Positions 11,309-23,915 of a stretch of 64,000 nt of DNA are shown here, one piece after another. This DNA comes from Vitrella brassicaformis CCMP3155 (Eukaryota; Protista; Chromerida), in NCBI GenBank assembly GCA_001179505.1, contig CDMY01000406.1:21424-85423 (forward strand), in the 5' to 3' direction. Both the position numbers and the translations under genes were made by a program. The notes under the pieces are model-generated. The model was not told the DNA's origin. It searched no databases and saw only the letters and a list, made by a program, of their open reading frames with translations. Numbering within the stretch: position 1 is the first letter of the stretch; every line of letters begins with the position of its first letter.

Positions 11309-13547
11309 TCAATCGATCACAATGGCGTCGTCTTTGGCCTTCTTTTTCTTTTTCTTCCTTTTCTTCTTCTTGACCACTCCATCCACCTGGCGGCCCTCAT
11401 CCCCCTCCCCTCCCTCCCCCTCTCCATCGCTCTTGGCCCTGCCCTTCTCCTCCTCTCTGCTCGTATGCACATCCGTGCCCGCAGCAGCCGCTGCTGATGC
11501 GGGCTCAGCTCGGTCCGTTCCCCTGTCCTTGTTTTTCTTCCTCCGTTTCTCCTCCACGTGGGGCTGGCTCTCGTCGTCCTGCCCGTCCCACCCATTCAAA
11601 GCCGCCTCAGCCTCCTCGCCGCTCGGGGCCGCCTCGTCCCTTTTGCGCTTCTTCTTCCTCTTACCCTTGACACCCGCCCCATCCACCACACCATTGACCT
11701 CTCCACCTGCTGAGGAGGCAGCAGCTGCAGCGGCAGCAGCGCTCGACGCAGCGGCCGCTGCCGCTGCCGCCGGTTCCTCCTGCTGCTCGGGCTCCCTCCT
11801 CTTCTTGGCCCTCTTCTTGCTCGGTGGCTGGGCGGCTCCATCAGAAGCTGCAGCAGCTGCAGCTGCTGCGGGCTCTGACTTGACTTGATGCAGCATCTCC
11901 TGCTCGTCGGGCGCCTTCCTTTTCTTTTTCTTTGCTCGCGCAGCCATGTCATCCGCAGGGGCAGGGGCGGATGCAGATGCCGACGCAGATGAAGCGGCCG
12001 CAGCAGCTGCGGCAGCTGCTGGGGGCTGGCCCGCCATGTCTGTTGTTTGCCGTTTCTTCTTCTTTTTGGGTTGGTGGGTCATGTTGTCCATGGGGTGGGG
12101 CGGCTGGCTGCGGGGATTAGAGGGCTGGAACAGAGGGACGAGAGGCCGCAGGACGCCCTCATCGTCGACTGGACCTGCAGAGGGAAAAATCAAGAGGAGT
12201 GGATGAGTGTGTATCCGGGGGGGTGCAGGTGGTGGGTGCGCTGCTTGCTTGCCTGTATCGTTTTGGTCTTTGAGCGATCCATCCAGGTTCATCAGGCCAC
12301 CATCCCTTCCCTCACGCAAACTGACAGATTGACAAGGGATGCCAGTGGTGGATGCGTGGATGGGAGGATGGTTGGTGGGCCCTCGTGTTGCCCACCTGAC
12401 GACGCGGAACTGCACGTAGTCATCGATGCCGATGGACGACTCGGCCGCCGACCTCTCGGCGTCCACCAGGTACCTGTCCATGTCTGGATCGTCGTCGACC
12501 AGGTCTCTCTCCCTCTTGATTTCGCCCTTGACGCGTTCACGCTTGAAGTGCTCTTCATCTTCCTTGGTCAGGTCGATGTCACGGTCGACGGCATTCTTCC
12601 ATCGCGTGAAGAGCGACTGCCCTTCATCGGCCACGCACCACCACCGATTCTGGTCGGCCGGCACACACACAAAAGACAGGAAGGCGGTCGAGTTGGTTGT
12701 GCGTGTGTGGGTGTGCGATGCATCTATCCCGATCAGACCTGTGCATATTTGAGGTACTTGGGCAGCCGCTGCCTCGACACGAAGGCGGGGAAGAGGCCGT
12801 GCACTGTGATAGCTATGTAGTGGCTGCCCACATAATGCACCCGACCAACTGAACAACACGGACCGATTCACATACGTTCGCCTTTGCCAGCATCCGTGCT
12901 GCCCACGGAGAAGGTCTTCTGGCACAGGCTGCCAGACGAGGCACTTGAGCTGGACGTCCACCAGGGTGTACCCTGTGTTGTCGGCGCAGTTGGCCGTCGT
13001 GTAGCCGCACGACTCGAGAGCACGGGCCGAGTGGTGCGCCATCCACACCCCACGGAACTCTGGCAGATACCTGAGGGGACGACGCATTCATCCACAGCCA
13101 CCAATCCAATCCAATCAGCCAGCCAGCCAATGAACCAATGTGTTGATGATGCCTGTCCGCACCTGTGCAGTAGGTTCGAGAGGAAGTACTGAATGCCGGT
13201 CAGCGGCTCGTTCAGAAAACGCGCCTCCAGCTGGACCGTGTTCCTTCAGCCACAGCACAGCACAGCATCAACGCAAAACCCATCCACACTGTCCAATGCA
13301 GCTGCAGTGTTGCCTCATCGGTCGCGTACTTTGCTTCGATGACCACAAACGAGTCGACGTCCACTCCATCGGCATGGAATTCGCTCGCCATGTTGTGCAG
13401 CTGTGCCACGGGGCTAGAGTCGGTCCTGGCGAGTCTTGCGTCAAGGTGTGGGGCGAGCTCCCGCCTGGAGCGGAGGATGAAGGGCACCACCTTGCTGCGC
13501 TTGATGGGGCGGCAGGTCACCACTTCCCAAGGCCGCTCGTCATCCAT
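11309..13547 (-). CDS. RNA polymerase I subunit RPA43-like (Rpb7 family) with Lys-rich C-terminal tail
   Basis: FLNEPLTGIQYFLSNLLHR|YLPEFRGVWMAHHSA...VDVQLKCLVWQPVPEDLLRG matches the A43/Rpb7 N-domain pattern (P..GI...L...L.RY....GV.LA; F.VF.P..G..L.G). Long KKKK/polyA tail as in eukaryotic A43. Confidence 0.6.
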
Positions 13548-13915
13548 TCAATCAATGGATCACGGACACACGCGGAGGGCACCGGGGCTGCCCTTCGAGG
13601 CTAGCTGACGACGAAGGTGAGTGAGCATCTCCCAAGCATCTCCTGAAATGCGTCGATGAGTCGGATGAAATCGCATTGGCGAATATCGGCCCTGATGCTT
13701 CAGCATCTCTATCAACACGTCCGTGGCAGTTGCTTGAAGCCGGTCTTGTCGAAACAATTGTCTAGAAGAAAATGCGAGCTCAAAATTGCAGATCTGCGAG
13801 CTTAGCTGCAAGGACAAGAGTGCACTCAAGTCTCCGTCTCACCGTGAGGCGCTCAGGTGACCCGTGCTTCTGCTGCCGACCTCATCCATTCAAGGCATCC
13901 ATTCCAGCATCCGGG

Positions 13916-15229
13916 ATGAAGAGAAAGGCGGCACGCACGGCGAGGCAAGCGGCTGAGCAGCAGCCATCCGCATCCGCATCAGCTGCACAGCAGTCACGCC
14001 TGACAGCGTGTCCCGACGGCGTTGTCTTGATGGTCTGCGGATTCCTGGGCGCCGATGTGGCCGCCTTCCGCCTGACCTGCCAGCGCAACAAGGGGCTCAT
14101 CACGGTCACATTCCTCACTCATCGCGTCAACGGCATTCTGCGGGCCAACCACATGGACGGAGTGCTGCGTGTCCAGCCGCCCAATGAGGGCCGACGGCTG
14201 CGTCGACATCTGGGCCAGCTGACCTTTGTGTTGGGGCTCATCTATGTGCTGGAGAACGGCGGCCTGTGGGAGCGGTGGGCGCCTCTGTTTTGGCTGGGCA
14301 GGAGCCACGGCCGCATCAGCACACTGCCGGCGACGCTGTCGAGTGACGACCTGCAGAAGGTTGGCGGCAAGGCGGTCTTCAATGGGCGATGTGAGGCGGT
14401 CCGGCAGTGGTCACTGTTCGGGCCACAAGTTCAACGAGCAAAACGACGCTGAGATGACGCTGTGGCGCACCCGGCACGGCCGCGAGCAGATGGGGTCATT
14501 CAGCCTGACCGTGTACACGGAGCAGACACTGCCGGCCAACCACCCCTTCCCATTTGACGATAGAAACCCTCCGGGTGGGCGGGTCAGGGGAGAGGGATAG
14601 TTGTGCCGTCTCATCTGTCTGTCTGTCTTTTCTTGCGTTTTGCAGTCCGCATGAGAGACGTCCTCTCGGCCTCGTTTCGGGATGCTGTGGTCAGATGGTA
14701 AGTAAGGACAGAGACCAGCGAAAAGAAGACAAAGACAACACCCGGCTGCGGTTGGTTTGACTGATTGATTGGTCAGTATGCGTGACTGCCGTGCGACACG
14801 ATACGTCACGACCAAATTTGCCCTGCCGGGGCATCAAGACCGAAGTGTTAGTCACCAGATTGATTCCACAGGCCTACATGAAATTGCCCTGTCTCTCTTC
14901 ATCTGTGTGTGAATGTGTGCTTGGTTCAGAGAGAGCTGGTGACGCAGGCGCCGCCCATTTGGGGCTGCACTATAGCCTCGTCCCATGTGATGCCGCCCGG
15001 CGGACCTCGTCAGCGCGTCGTTGTGGTCTGTGGCGACCAGCCGGGAGACACGTTTGCCGCCCACATCTACTTGTATCTGCACGGTGCGACGGCGAGCACC
15101 GCCCTGTTCACCACAGAGAGGGCACAGGGCGGGGTGCGGAAGCCCATGACTGTGGCGAGGGTGCGGCAGCGGCTGGGCAATGACGACATGCAGGCGATCT
15201 TTGAAGACTCGCTGAACCAATTTGCGTGA
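13916..15229 (+). CDS. Lineage-specific family paralog 1 with an F-box-like N-terminus
   Basis: SRLTACPDGVVLMVCGFLGADVAAFRLTC (F-box-like), AVFNGRCEAVRQWSLFG, QTLPANHPF, QAPPIWGCTI, GDQPGDTFAAHI, LFTTER; these blocks are shared with the genes at 25.9, 54.9 and 61.4 kb. Confidence 0.7.
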
Positions 15230-15787
15230 ATGAGAGGGGTGGTGCATGGAATGAATGAATGAAGGGTGCTTGGGTGGTCAAGGACGTGGCTCTTGGGGAT
15301 TTTCACGAGGCAGAGAACGGGAGGGAAAGAGGGTGTGGGTACATCTGCGTCGGCCGTCTGTCGGCAGTTGCGAGCAAGGATGGTGTCAGGGGCCGTGGCT
15401 GTGTGGGGAGAGGGAAGACAAGGCAGGTTAGTTGTCGCCATCAGGTGTTTTTGAGTAAGCTGCTGTTGATGAGTGAGGTGGGGGAGTGAATGAGAAGAGG
15501 AAGCAGAGAGGGAGGGGCCTGTCTGTCTGTCTGCCTGTCTGTCTGTCTGTCTGTCTGTCTGAGGGTTGGGTTGTTTGCATGTGTTGTGTTTGTGTGCAGG
15601 AGTCTTTGGCTTTCGTGCCTGCACACCGCGGCTGGGGGTTTGACACTCTGACTCTCTCCACTCCCTCACACTTAAGTGAAAGCGTCATTTACACCACACC
15701 ACGTGTCAGTCAGGGAATTCATCGCCCGCCTACATGGCACACACACTCAGGGATCAGACACATAGGCCACAAACCACACGACACACA

Positions 15788-18700
15788 TCAGTCACGTATG
15801 ACGAATATCGCTGGAGGGCGGCACCCATCTCTGCCTCTTAACCTGCATGCCCATGGTCGTCTGCCTCCCACCCAAAACGCCCACTGAATCAACCACATCC
15901 CGAGGAAAACCACCACAAACAAGTACCCGATGAAAAACACCCACATAACGAAATGTAGGAAAGAGTACATCACAAGCCACAGTAGCAGTAGGAAAGAGTA
16001 CGTCACAAGCAACAAACATGACCAATATATGCAGTTGAACGCATCAGCCACACAGCCACATGCACGGCCAAGGAGCGACGATCCCTTGTACTTCCGCATG
16101 GTCCTTTTGTTTTGGGCCGAGAAAGGCATTTCCAACGGCGTTTTCCCCTGTTGGCATGCACGAGACGAGTGCGACACTGAGCTTCCGGGGAATATTTGCT
16201 CACTTGATTGTTTTTTATCTCCAAGAGACCTGCGCCGCCCCACTCAAGCCTGACACCCACCCACACCCACAGCAGGAGAGAAAAATTCTGTAGTTGTGAT
16301 GCTCGCATCTTTCATCAGTGTCTCTCACAACTTAGCCACAAGTTTGGGGCCGCGTCTGTTGCCGAAGAAGATAAAGGGCATACCCATGAAGAGGACGACT
16401 GTCAGCACTGCAGAGCAGAAGCAGAACTTCGTGGCTGGCTGCACACCTTGTTCTGTGATATAGTACATACCACGACTTACAGCACAGTGAAGTGCCGTGT
16501 TTCCATCCTTGGTATGCCGTTTGCAGGGAGAGAGACACAGACAATTGAACACATAGAGTCATCCTCCATTGTTGTCTTTACATCTGTCCCTCACTTTGGC
16601 CTGCTGCGTCAGTAGGTGTTTCCCTCCTTTGGCATACATCGCCTCCAAGGCATCACTTCCCCCCAATTTTGTGCAAGCGATGAATGGCGTCGCACCAGGA
16701 GCAGGGGCAAGGCCTTGTCTGTCTCTGTCATTGTTTTTCATTTCCAGTAGGGGCGCCCCACCCCACGCCAATCTATTCGACACAAAAGAGAGTGAGAACG
16801 GAATATTCACGTCGTTTATCTGTGTGTCTCACAGCTGAGCCAAAGCTTCGCGATGATTCCCCTCTCCAGCCAAATCGAGCGCCGTGGCGCCATCCTGCAT
16901 GTGATGGACAAAAGGGAAGAGCACTCAGCAAGGCGAGAAGCGTGTGTGTCTTCATCTGTGTGTCTCACGCTGTCCTGTTGGGTGAGTATGTCATTCCCCC
17001 CTTTGGAATGCATCGCCCGCATCGTGTCAACTTGACCGCACCGGGCGGCACCGATGAATGGCGTCTCGCCAAACTGCACGCACACACATACGCAAAATCG
17101 ACACAGCGAGGCATCCGAAAGATGTTTGCACTGTTACCTTCATTGTGCGTGCATCGAGCAGCTTAGGGTCCCACGCCAGCAGCTGACTGACGGCCGCAGT
17201 ACGGCCAGCGGTGGCGGCAAAATGCAGGGCAGTCCACTTATCATTCTGCATTTCATCATATTACAGCAACACACGCCTGATCATTACCACCAGAGCTTTC
17301 ACTGTATTGGCACCAGGTCTGTTTGCTCCAAGATGGACGGGCCATATTTCTCAAACATCAGGGTCATGATCTGCGTATGGCCTTTCTCCGCCGCCCTCAG
17401 GAAGGGAGTCATTCCGGTCTGCGCAAGGCAAATGCAAATCAGAGGTTCCCTCGTTGTTACGGGCCCTTGATAGCATTTGACCTTGAAGCAGAAGAATCGA
17501 GCTCTCCTGTCGTCGAGGATTCTCGGCCCACGGAGGTTGAGCAGCTGAGCAACCGATGTGATATCACCAGCATTCACTGCCGCGTGGATGTTTCGCTGCA
17601 AAAGATACGCAACAATCGTGAGAAGCAGGAGGGATCAGCCTTGCTCCTTCGATATTACGTATTTGATCTCTGCCGGCAACGCTTCGTCATCGATTGTCAG
17701 GACGACATCGGTCTGCCCATACAAAGGCGACAAGTACAAGAAGGTGCGTGAGACATGACTCACGTAGTCGTCCCGTACATCTTTGATTTTTTGGCGGAGT
17801 GTGCTTGGCCTGGATTTGTGCCGGAGTGTGCAGTGTGTGCTTGACCCGGGAGCCTGCACACACAACACAGGCAGCAGAATGTAATGTCGATCGTTGGTCC
17901 ATCTGTCTACAGACCAGTCCCCGCTTGAGGTGAGGTCGATGCCAGGGTGCTGGGCGGTCCCGTCGTGGTGGTAGCCATGCTCATGTGGGCACCCGATGAA
18001 GGGCCGACGGGATACTCAGCAGCAGGAGAGACAGAAGGCGAAGGCTTCGACTCCGGGACTGCATGCATTTGAAAGGGCATCAGGCAATGGCGACTCTGCC
18101 GCATTGTAGGCGCAGCGGAATCAATGCACCTGTCTCTTTCGACGGACCAGACGGAACGTCCAGCTTGGCCAGCACCTGCCGACCAGAGACAGGACGTCAG
18201 ACGTTTGGCATCGCTTGTGGTTTCTCCCTGTCGTGTGTGCATCGGGTACCTCTTTGGCTGTGGGGCGATCGGCCGGACAAAAGGCAAAACAACTCTGATC
18301 AACAATCACGATGAGAAGGGACGTGCAGTGCCCATAAGGATTCTCTTCATCTTGGTTTGCCTCGATGGGATTCTTGATTCGCGCGGGCAGAGATGCTGGG
18401 ATTTCCGGAATCTGACAGGGAGAAGGAGACATAGATTTGTGTACGATGCCTTATAAGTCTGATAGCGGTACCTCTTTATTGACGACCACTTTCGTAAATA
18501 TAATCGGCAAGCCTTTCCCCTCAAAAGGCGGCCGACCTGTAGGATACGTTCGCCATCTTGTCTTGTGTCTCACTTGGTTTTCGTGTCTCCTGACCTCCAT
18601 GCAGCTGAACCGCAATTCCTCCAATCGCCCATATATCCGCCTTCTCAGACAGCTTGTCCACTGCATATGCACACACACGATGGAGCGATCTGCTGTGCAT

Positions 18701-19593
18701 TTGCGGACTTACGGTCCGTGTCAAACCCCTCGGAAGGCATGTAGTTGGGCGTCCCACCGGCTGCACACCACACGAACTGCGCTACGCATTTGTTTGTCGG
18801 CGTGAATACTTGCGGTGAGAATCGTCTTTCTCTGAGCCCCGCGAATCATTCCGAAATCCGAAATCTTAATGGTCAGGTTCCTATCCAGCTGACAAGCATT
18901 CGGAACAACGAGAGACTTGGGATACCATGAAAGAAGAGGAATTCTGCCGTAACCGACCAGTAGGTTTTCTGGCTTCAGGTCTCTGTGCACGACGTTCCGA
19001 CTATGGAGATACTGCACACCCTCGCATATCTGACAGCAGCCGCCACATACAAACGAGACGCGTCACGGATCTCCTCTTCTCATGTGTCTCCGGCACCTCT
19101 CTCAGGAGCCTGTCTCGCACGTCCGGCGGCGGGGGTCCATTCTTCGCCAGGTAGGACGCCAGCGAGCCGCCCTCACACAACTCTGACGAACAAGCGGCAC
19201 ATGGAGAAAGCTAGGAGGACGATAAAAAATGGGCTGGGTACCCGCCACAATCATGAGGCCATGCTTGTCGTCTCTGCAGACGCCCTTCAGCTGCACGATG
19301 TTGGGGTGACGGAGCTGCGTCATCGGCAAGGCCTCTTTGAGCACCTCCATGAACTGCTCGGACTCCCGGAGCTCTTCATTGCCTTTGTAGACCTTGACCG
19401 CCACGGGCTGCCCTCGCAGCTCTCCCCTGTAGACCTTCCCGAACGCTCCCTCGCCTGGGTGGCAAGCAGACGCACCATGATGATTCCCCAGATATCCCTT
19501 GTGGGGTTCATGGGGCTGACCGAGCTCGGTGTCGCTCACAGTGAGGTCCTTGGGGTCAATCACCAAGTCAGCCAGTGACACCAAGTCAGTCAT
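15788..19593 (-). CDS. TKL-group protein kinase + ankyrin repeats + C-terminal transmembrane segment(s)
   Basis: [49 protein letters not shown]; then ankyrin repeats ([49 protein letters not shown]). The last exon is long and hydrophobic. Splice joins such as EIKY|RNIHAA are in frame. Confidence 0.75.
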
Positions 19594-19773
19594 ATTGGAA
19601 GCGTGGGGGGCTGTGAGGTCTGACAACCACCAGGCGAGAAGGGTCAAACGGCCGTCAAACGCCGGATCAAGCTCGCTCTCGCTCCCTGTTGTGCTTGAAT
19701 GCAGCGTCACGGTGAACGTGAACTGGGTGGGACTTGACGGACATAGACCTCACAACGACACCGAGCACAACGA

Positions 19774-20658
19774 ATGAGAAGGACGACAGCACGACGGCCC
19801 CCGAAGGCAGGAAGGGCCTGCCTGACAGCCCTTGTCGTGGCCGTGCTCATGGGGCTCCTCCTTTTCTGGTGCTGGACGGCCTTGCTCGAGCCGGCGCTGC
19901 TTAAGAGGATGCAGAGAGGCGTCTGGTTCGTGTATCTAAAGCCCTCGGCACACCTCTGGGACACTCTGCACGCAGCTGCTGACCCGCAAGGCGGCTTGTG
20001 GGGCTACAAGGCGAACGTCCACGGTGAAATCGACACCTTTATCTCAGCGAGACACCCGCATTATCGCTCTCTCTGGGATACGGCATGCAACTTGGGATAC
20101 CTCCTGACGCGGCTGGCCCATAGTCATCCTAATGCGACGCATTACGGCAGCGATATCAGCCCTTTGATGGTCAACGTCACGCAGAAGAGATGTGATGGCC
20201 ACTGTGTCACCGCTCCCTCCGACCTATTCTCCCTCCAACAGCACGACACACGTCTGCCAAGAGCATTCCCACGGGCGTTCGACTTGGTTATCGTGTCGGA
20301 TGTGCTGTACTATGCCAAGTGGCGCGGCCTCCCCCCGGTACTCTGGCAGTATGGCCTTCTTCCAAGCTGGCTCATCTCTGCTTCCCAGCATTCATTCTGG
20401 GACCGTTTGAGAAGCCTGGCGTGTTCTGAGGTCATTCTATCAAATCACGAGAACAATCCGGCTGTGTTGGGGCTGATGACAGCCATGGGCGCCACCCCCG
20501 TGATGCCCAAGAAGACGATATGGACAGCTAAAGGGACCGCTCCGCGCGAGGCTTGCAATGGGAGTGGCGAGGAGGAGAGAGACGCAGTGGTTGGCTCCTC
20601 TAGTGTGTCTCACATGAAGGGGAAACCACGGGGATTTGCTCTTGCGCCTGGCCGCTGA
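19774..20658 (+). CDS. Intronless membrane-anchored class I SAM-dependent methyltransferase (NodS-like)
   Basis: 294-aa single ORF; N-terminal TM (LTALVVAVLMGLLLFWCW); motif I WDTACNLG, then HYGSDISP and FDLVIVSDVLYY. Confidence 0.7.
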   Translation: MRRTTARRPPKAGRACLTALVVAVLMGLLLFWCWTALLEPALLKRMQRGVWFVYLKPSAHLWDTLHAAADPQGGLWGYKANVHGEIDTFISARHPHYRSLWDTACNLGYLLTRLAHSHPNATHYGSDISPLMVNVTQKRCDGHCVTAPSDLFSLQQHDTRLPRAFPRAFDLVIVSDVLYYAKWRGLPPVLWQYGLLPSWLISASQHSFWDRLRSLACSEVILSNHENNPAVLGLMTAMGATPVMPKKTIWTAKGTAPREACNGSGEEERDAVVGSSSVSHMKGKPRGFALAPGR

Positions 20659-20962
20659 TAAGTGGGTTGTTGCATGCATATCGTTCATGGAACAACACGA
20701 ACACACCACCGACCTGCGTATCAGGGACCATGCTATCTGAGAATTCATGAGCGTCAATGTCGATATGCGTCCGAGCTCTACGTGTCTGATGAAGTATAGA
20801 TGTCCATCGGCAAGGTGTCAGACAAGACAGATGTCCTTCTCCCACACTCAAACCACACCCACACGCACATCGTTGGGAACATTTTTGTTGGCATGCCATG
20901 TGAGGCACCACTCGTCCATCCAAGTTGCCAGCCCCCACAGTGATGGCCAGTGCATACATTCA

Positions 20963-21599
20963 TCATGCCTTTGCCTCATTGTAAAAGGCGTGCGTCCACG
21001 CACAGAGAGACTTGGCGGCCTTGGACTGCCTGCCGACATTGTCAGGGGTGTAGTCGGCATTGTCAATGCACTTCTGCAGCTTGTCCAGCACCGCCGTCGA
21101 TACGTTGTCACTGCTCACGCCCTTCAATCGATCCAAAAACGATGGCTGACACAGACAAGGAGACAGGGACAGACACACAGACAGAGACATCGACAGACAT
21201 TGTGAGATAGATAAGCGATGCGCCGTCTGCAAGGCATACGTCAGAAAGCACTTTCTGGACCACGTGCCAGTCGGTTCCTTCCCCGAGGATGGTGTTCACA
21301 GCCTCCATAGTCATCCTGCATGTGCAATGCGCCAAGGGAAGTGGGAGACAAAAGGAAGACCTTTTGTGTCTTTCGATTACTTGACGAGTGGAGGCGGGAC
21401 GGGGAGACTCTTAAGTTCTGTCACTTGACTCTGAACGTGGGCGCAGAGTAGATGCAGAGGCTGCCCGCAGCGGCTGTCCTTCACCCACCTTGTCAACGCG
21501 AGCAAGGGCGGCTGATGCTGAAGGAAGCAGAAGCAAACGTGGAAAAGGAAACAGAAGCGAGAGGAGGAAACGGCACCGTGCAGCTGTGTGCTTACCCAT
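20963..21599 (-). CDS. Stand-alone dynein heavy-chain stalk microtubule-binding domain (MTBD) mini-protein, ~113 aa, 5 exons
   Basis: Spliced product MASAALARVDKSQVTELKSLPVPPPLVKMTMEAVNTILGEGTDWHVVQKVLSDPSFLDRLKGVSSDNVSTAVLDKLQKCIDNADYTPDNVGRQSKAAKSLCAWTHAFYNEAKA* matches the dynein MTBD consensus (ELKS..PP..VK..MEAV..LG...W...K.L.D..FL..L...D...S.AA.SLC.W). Confidence 0.8.
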
Positions 21600-21717
21600 G
21601 GTGCGATGGGAAGCTGGGAGCCTTCCGGAAGACTGCTTCCGGAAGACTGGGGGCCCCGGGGGCAGAAATGCAAGCTAAGCCGTCTCCACAGAACGGGACA
21701 TCAGGCAGCCTCTAGCG

Positions 21718-22289
21718 ATGACGTCCTCTCTCTCTGGCCCCCCAGAGGCCGGCTCTGTGTCGCTGAGTGCCACTGGGCTGAAGGGCAAGGTCGGCGCCCT
21801 CGCCAACTCGCTGTCGGTCGCCTGCGAAGAACTCCATGGTCAGTCACGGAACACAGCACAGAGAGCCCTTGTCTGCAGAGGGGCCTCACTTCCAATCGCT
21901 CTTGTGTTGTTTGTGGTGCAGTTGACCGCAGCATTCTGGACACCATCAGGGGGGAGAGGGAGCTAAGGCAAGGGGAGCTGCAGGTGCAGCTTGATGAGGC
22001 CAGGCGGTTCTTCCAAGCAGAAATACAGGCATACACACACGAGGACGACACACACGTGACGCACACACTCACAATTCATGTGTGTCCCTGTCTGTCGTGG
22101 TGGATTGGATGACGCATGTAGAGAATGGAGGAGGAGTTTCGCGCACAGGCTCAGCTGCAGAAGACGGAGAACGGCCGCATCCAGCAGTCTGTCACCTCTC
22201 TCAAGGCGGAGAAGACCAGCCTCCACCAGCAGATTCTCTCACTGCAAAGGCGTATCGAGGAAATAGAGGAGGAAGTGGGGCATGACTGA
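21718..22289 (+). CDS. Small coiled-coil protein, 3-4 exons
   Basis: MTSSLSG..ACEELH / VDRSILDTIRGERELRQGELQVQLDEARRFF / MEEEFRAQAQLQKTENGRIQQSVTSLKAEKTSLHQQILSLQRRIEEIEEEVGHD*. Confidence 0.65.
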
Positions 22290-22510
22290 CTGATTGGACG
22301 GGGCAAAGTGTGTGCGGGGGCTTGTGTGTGGACGACCGTCTGAACTTGCCGTGAAATACCTAGGACGATTCGCATGGAGAGAGAGCATCGAGAGCATGAA
22401 CATGTCCTTTAGACACACACGCAGCAGCCCACACGTCTACGTCTGTACGAACACGGGTCGCATCATGAATAGATGCACTGCTCACGCACACACCCATCCC
22501 TCAGCCCTGG

Positions 22511-23868
22511 CTATCGCGGCGGCCCGGCCTCATCTGTCGGGTTGTCCTTCATGCGCTGGATCTCCGCATTCGCCTGCAGCACCCACAAACACATAAAGCC
22601 GCAAACAGTGGCACAAAGGGGCTGGCGCGTGCGTAGCTGACTGGTCTCTTTTTGACCTTCTGGCGGTCCTGATAGCTGAGAGCATCATACTGCTGGCCCG
22701 TCATGGCCTCCCACTGCAGACAGTCAGTGAGAAGGCACACGCACACACACATGCTCAACGGATGCACTGCACGAAGAGGGATATGTGGACGTCTTCAAGA
22801 CCTTTTTGATGTCTCTCATGTTGTGCACTCGCGGCTCGTACGACACCTGCTGCGGCTTCTGTGCCTTGACACGCTCGTTGAAACCCGCCAGCCTGCACAC
22901 ACGCAGACGACCGGCAGACACATCCAGACAATGAAGCTGCATTTCTGTATGTGAGCGGCTTACAGGGCCTGCATATCCGCGTCGTCAGCGATGTTGACTT
23001 TGCCCTTCGGAGGGGGCGCAGCAGCCGCAGCAGCGACGCCCCTCGCACGGCCCCTCTCCCTCTCCCTCTCCCTCTCCCTCTCCCTTCCCCTCTCCTTAGG
23101 CCGCCTCTTGGGCTGGCCACCGGCAGGACCCTCCTCAGATTCGTCTCTGCCACCGCCAGCAGCGCCGCCCTCGTCAGCCCGCCCCCCACCCTCCCCACCT
23201 TCCCCATCCTCCCCGTCCTTGACATCATCATCCTCCGTCCGCCGTTTCTTGGCGCCCTTCCCCTCCCCCTCCCCATTAGGCCTCTTCTGCGCCGCCCTGC
23301 CCCTCTGGCCATCCTTCTTGATGGCCTTCGATGCAGCCGACACACCATGGCCGCCGCCAGCCGGACGCCATGCGGGCCTGGCGGGCTTGTTGGCGCCCTT
23401 TGGTTGCTCGGACGAAGGGTCGCTCACGGTCGGGCCTTTCTGCTGAGCAGCAGGGGCACCAGAAGGCTCAGGAGCAGGCTGGCTCTGTGTGGCGGCGGCA
23501 CCGCCTTTGTCCTTCTCCTTCTCTGCATCCTCAGCATTGCCATTCTCGGTCGCTGCACCAACGGCAGGCTTGACCTCACCATCCACTTGCTCAGGGACGC
23601 TCTCCTGCTGCTGATATTGCTGTGGGTCCGATAGATGCGGATGCTCGCCGCTCTCCTGGCCGTCGGGCTTTGGAAGAGGGCGGGAGGCGTGCGATATGCG
23701 CATTCTTGTGGGAGGGGGTGGCCGTCGCCTCTGTTGCTCATGCAGGGGGTGGGGCTGTCGAAACCACTCGTCGTATGAGGCCGCCTGCTGCTCGCCAACT
23801 GCATCGCCAAGGTCTGCCGCTGGCGGAGGGACGTCAAAATCGAATGGATCTGCCTCCTCGCCAGCCAT
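22511..23868 (-). CDS. Hypothetical charged (K/E/R-rich), low-complexity, probably nuclear protein
   Basis: MAGEEADPFDFDVPP exon; long G/E/K-rich exon with an RE repeat; then LAGFNERVKAQKPQQVSYEPRVHNMRDIKK / WEAMTGQQYDALSYQDRQK / ANAEIQRMKDNP..*. Confidence 0.6.
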
Positions 23869-23915
23869 TGGCCTCAACCACCGACAATAATACTACAGAT
23901 AATCGCCATCAAAAG

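Noticed and set aside
11142-11888. Long + strand ORF rich in F/L/S/A that looks transmembrane
   Set aside because: It is the antisense shadow of the Lys/Ala-rich RPA43-like tail.
20963-21330. Remnant of a full dynein heavy-chain gene
   Set aside because: No AAA or other heavy-chain sequence on either side, and intact unrelated genes flank it closely.
22951-23634. + strand LPLPLP-rich ORF
   Set aside because: It is antisense to the RE/G-rich exon of the minus-strand gene.
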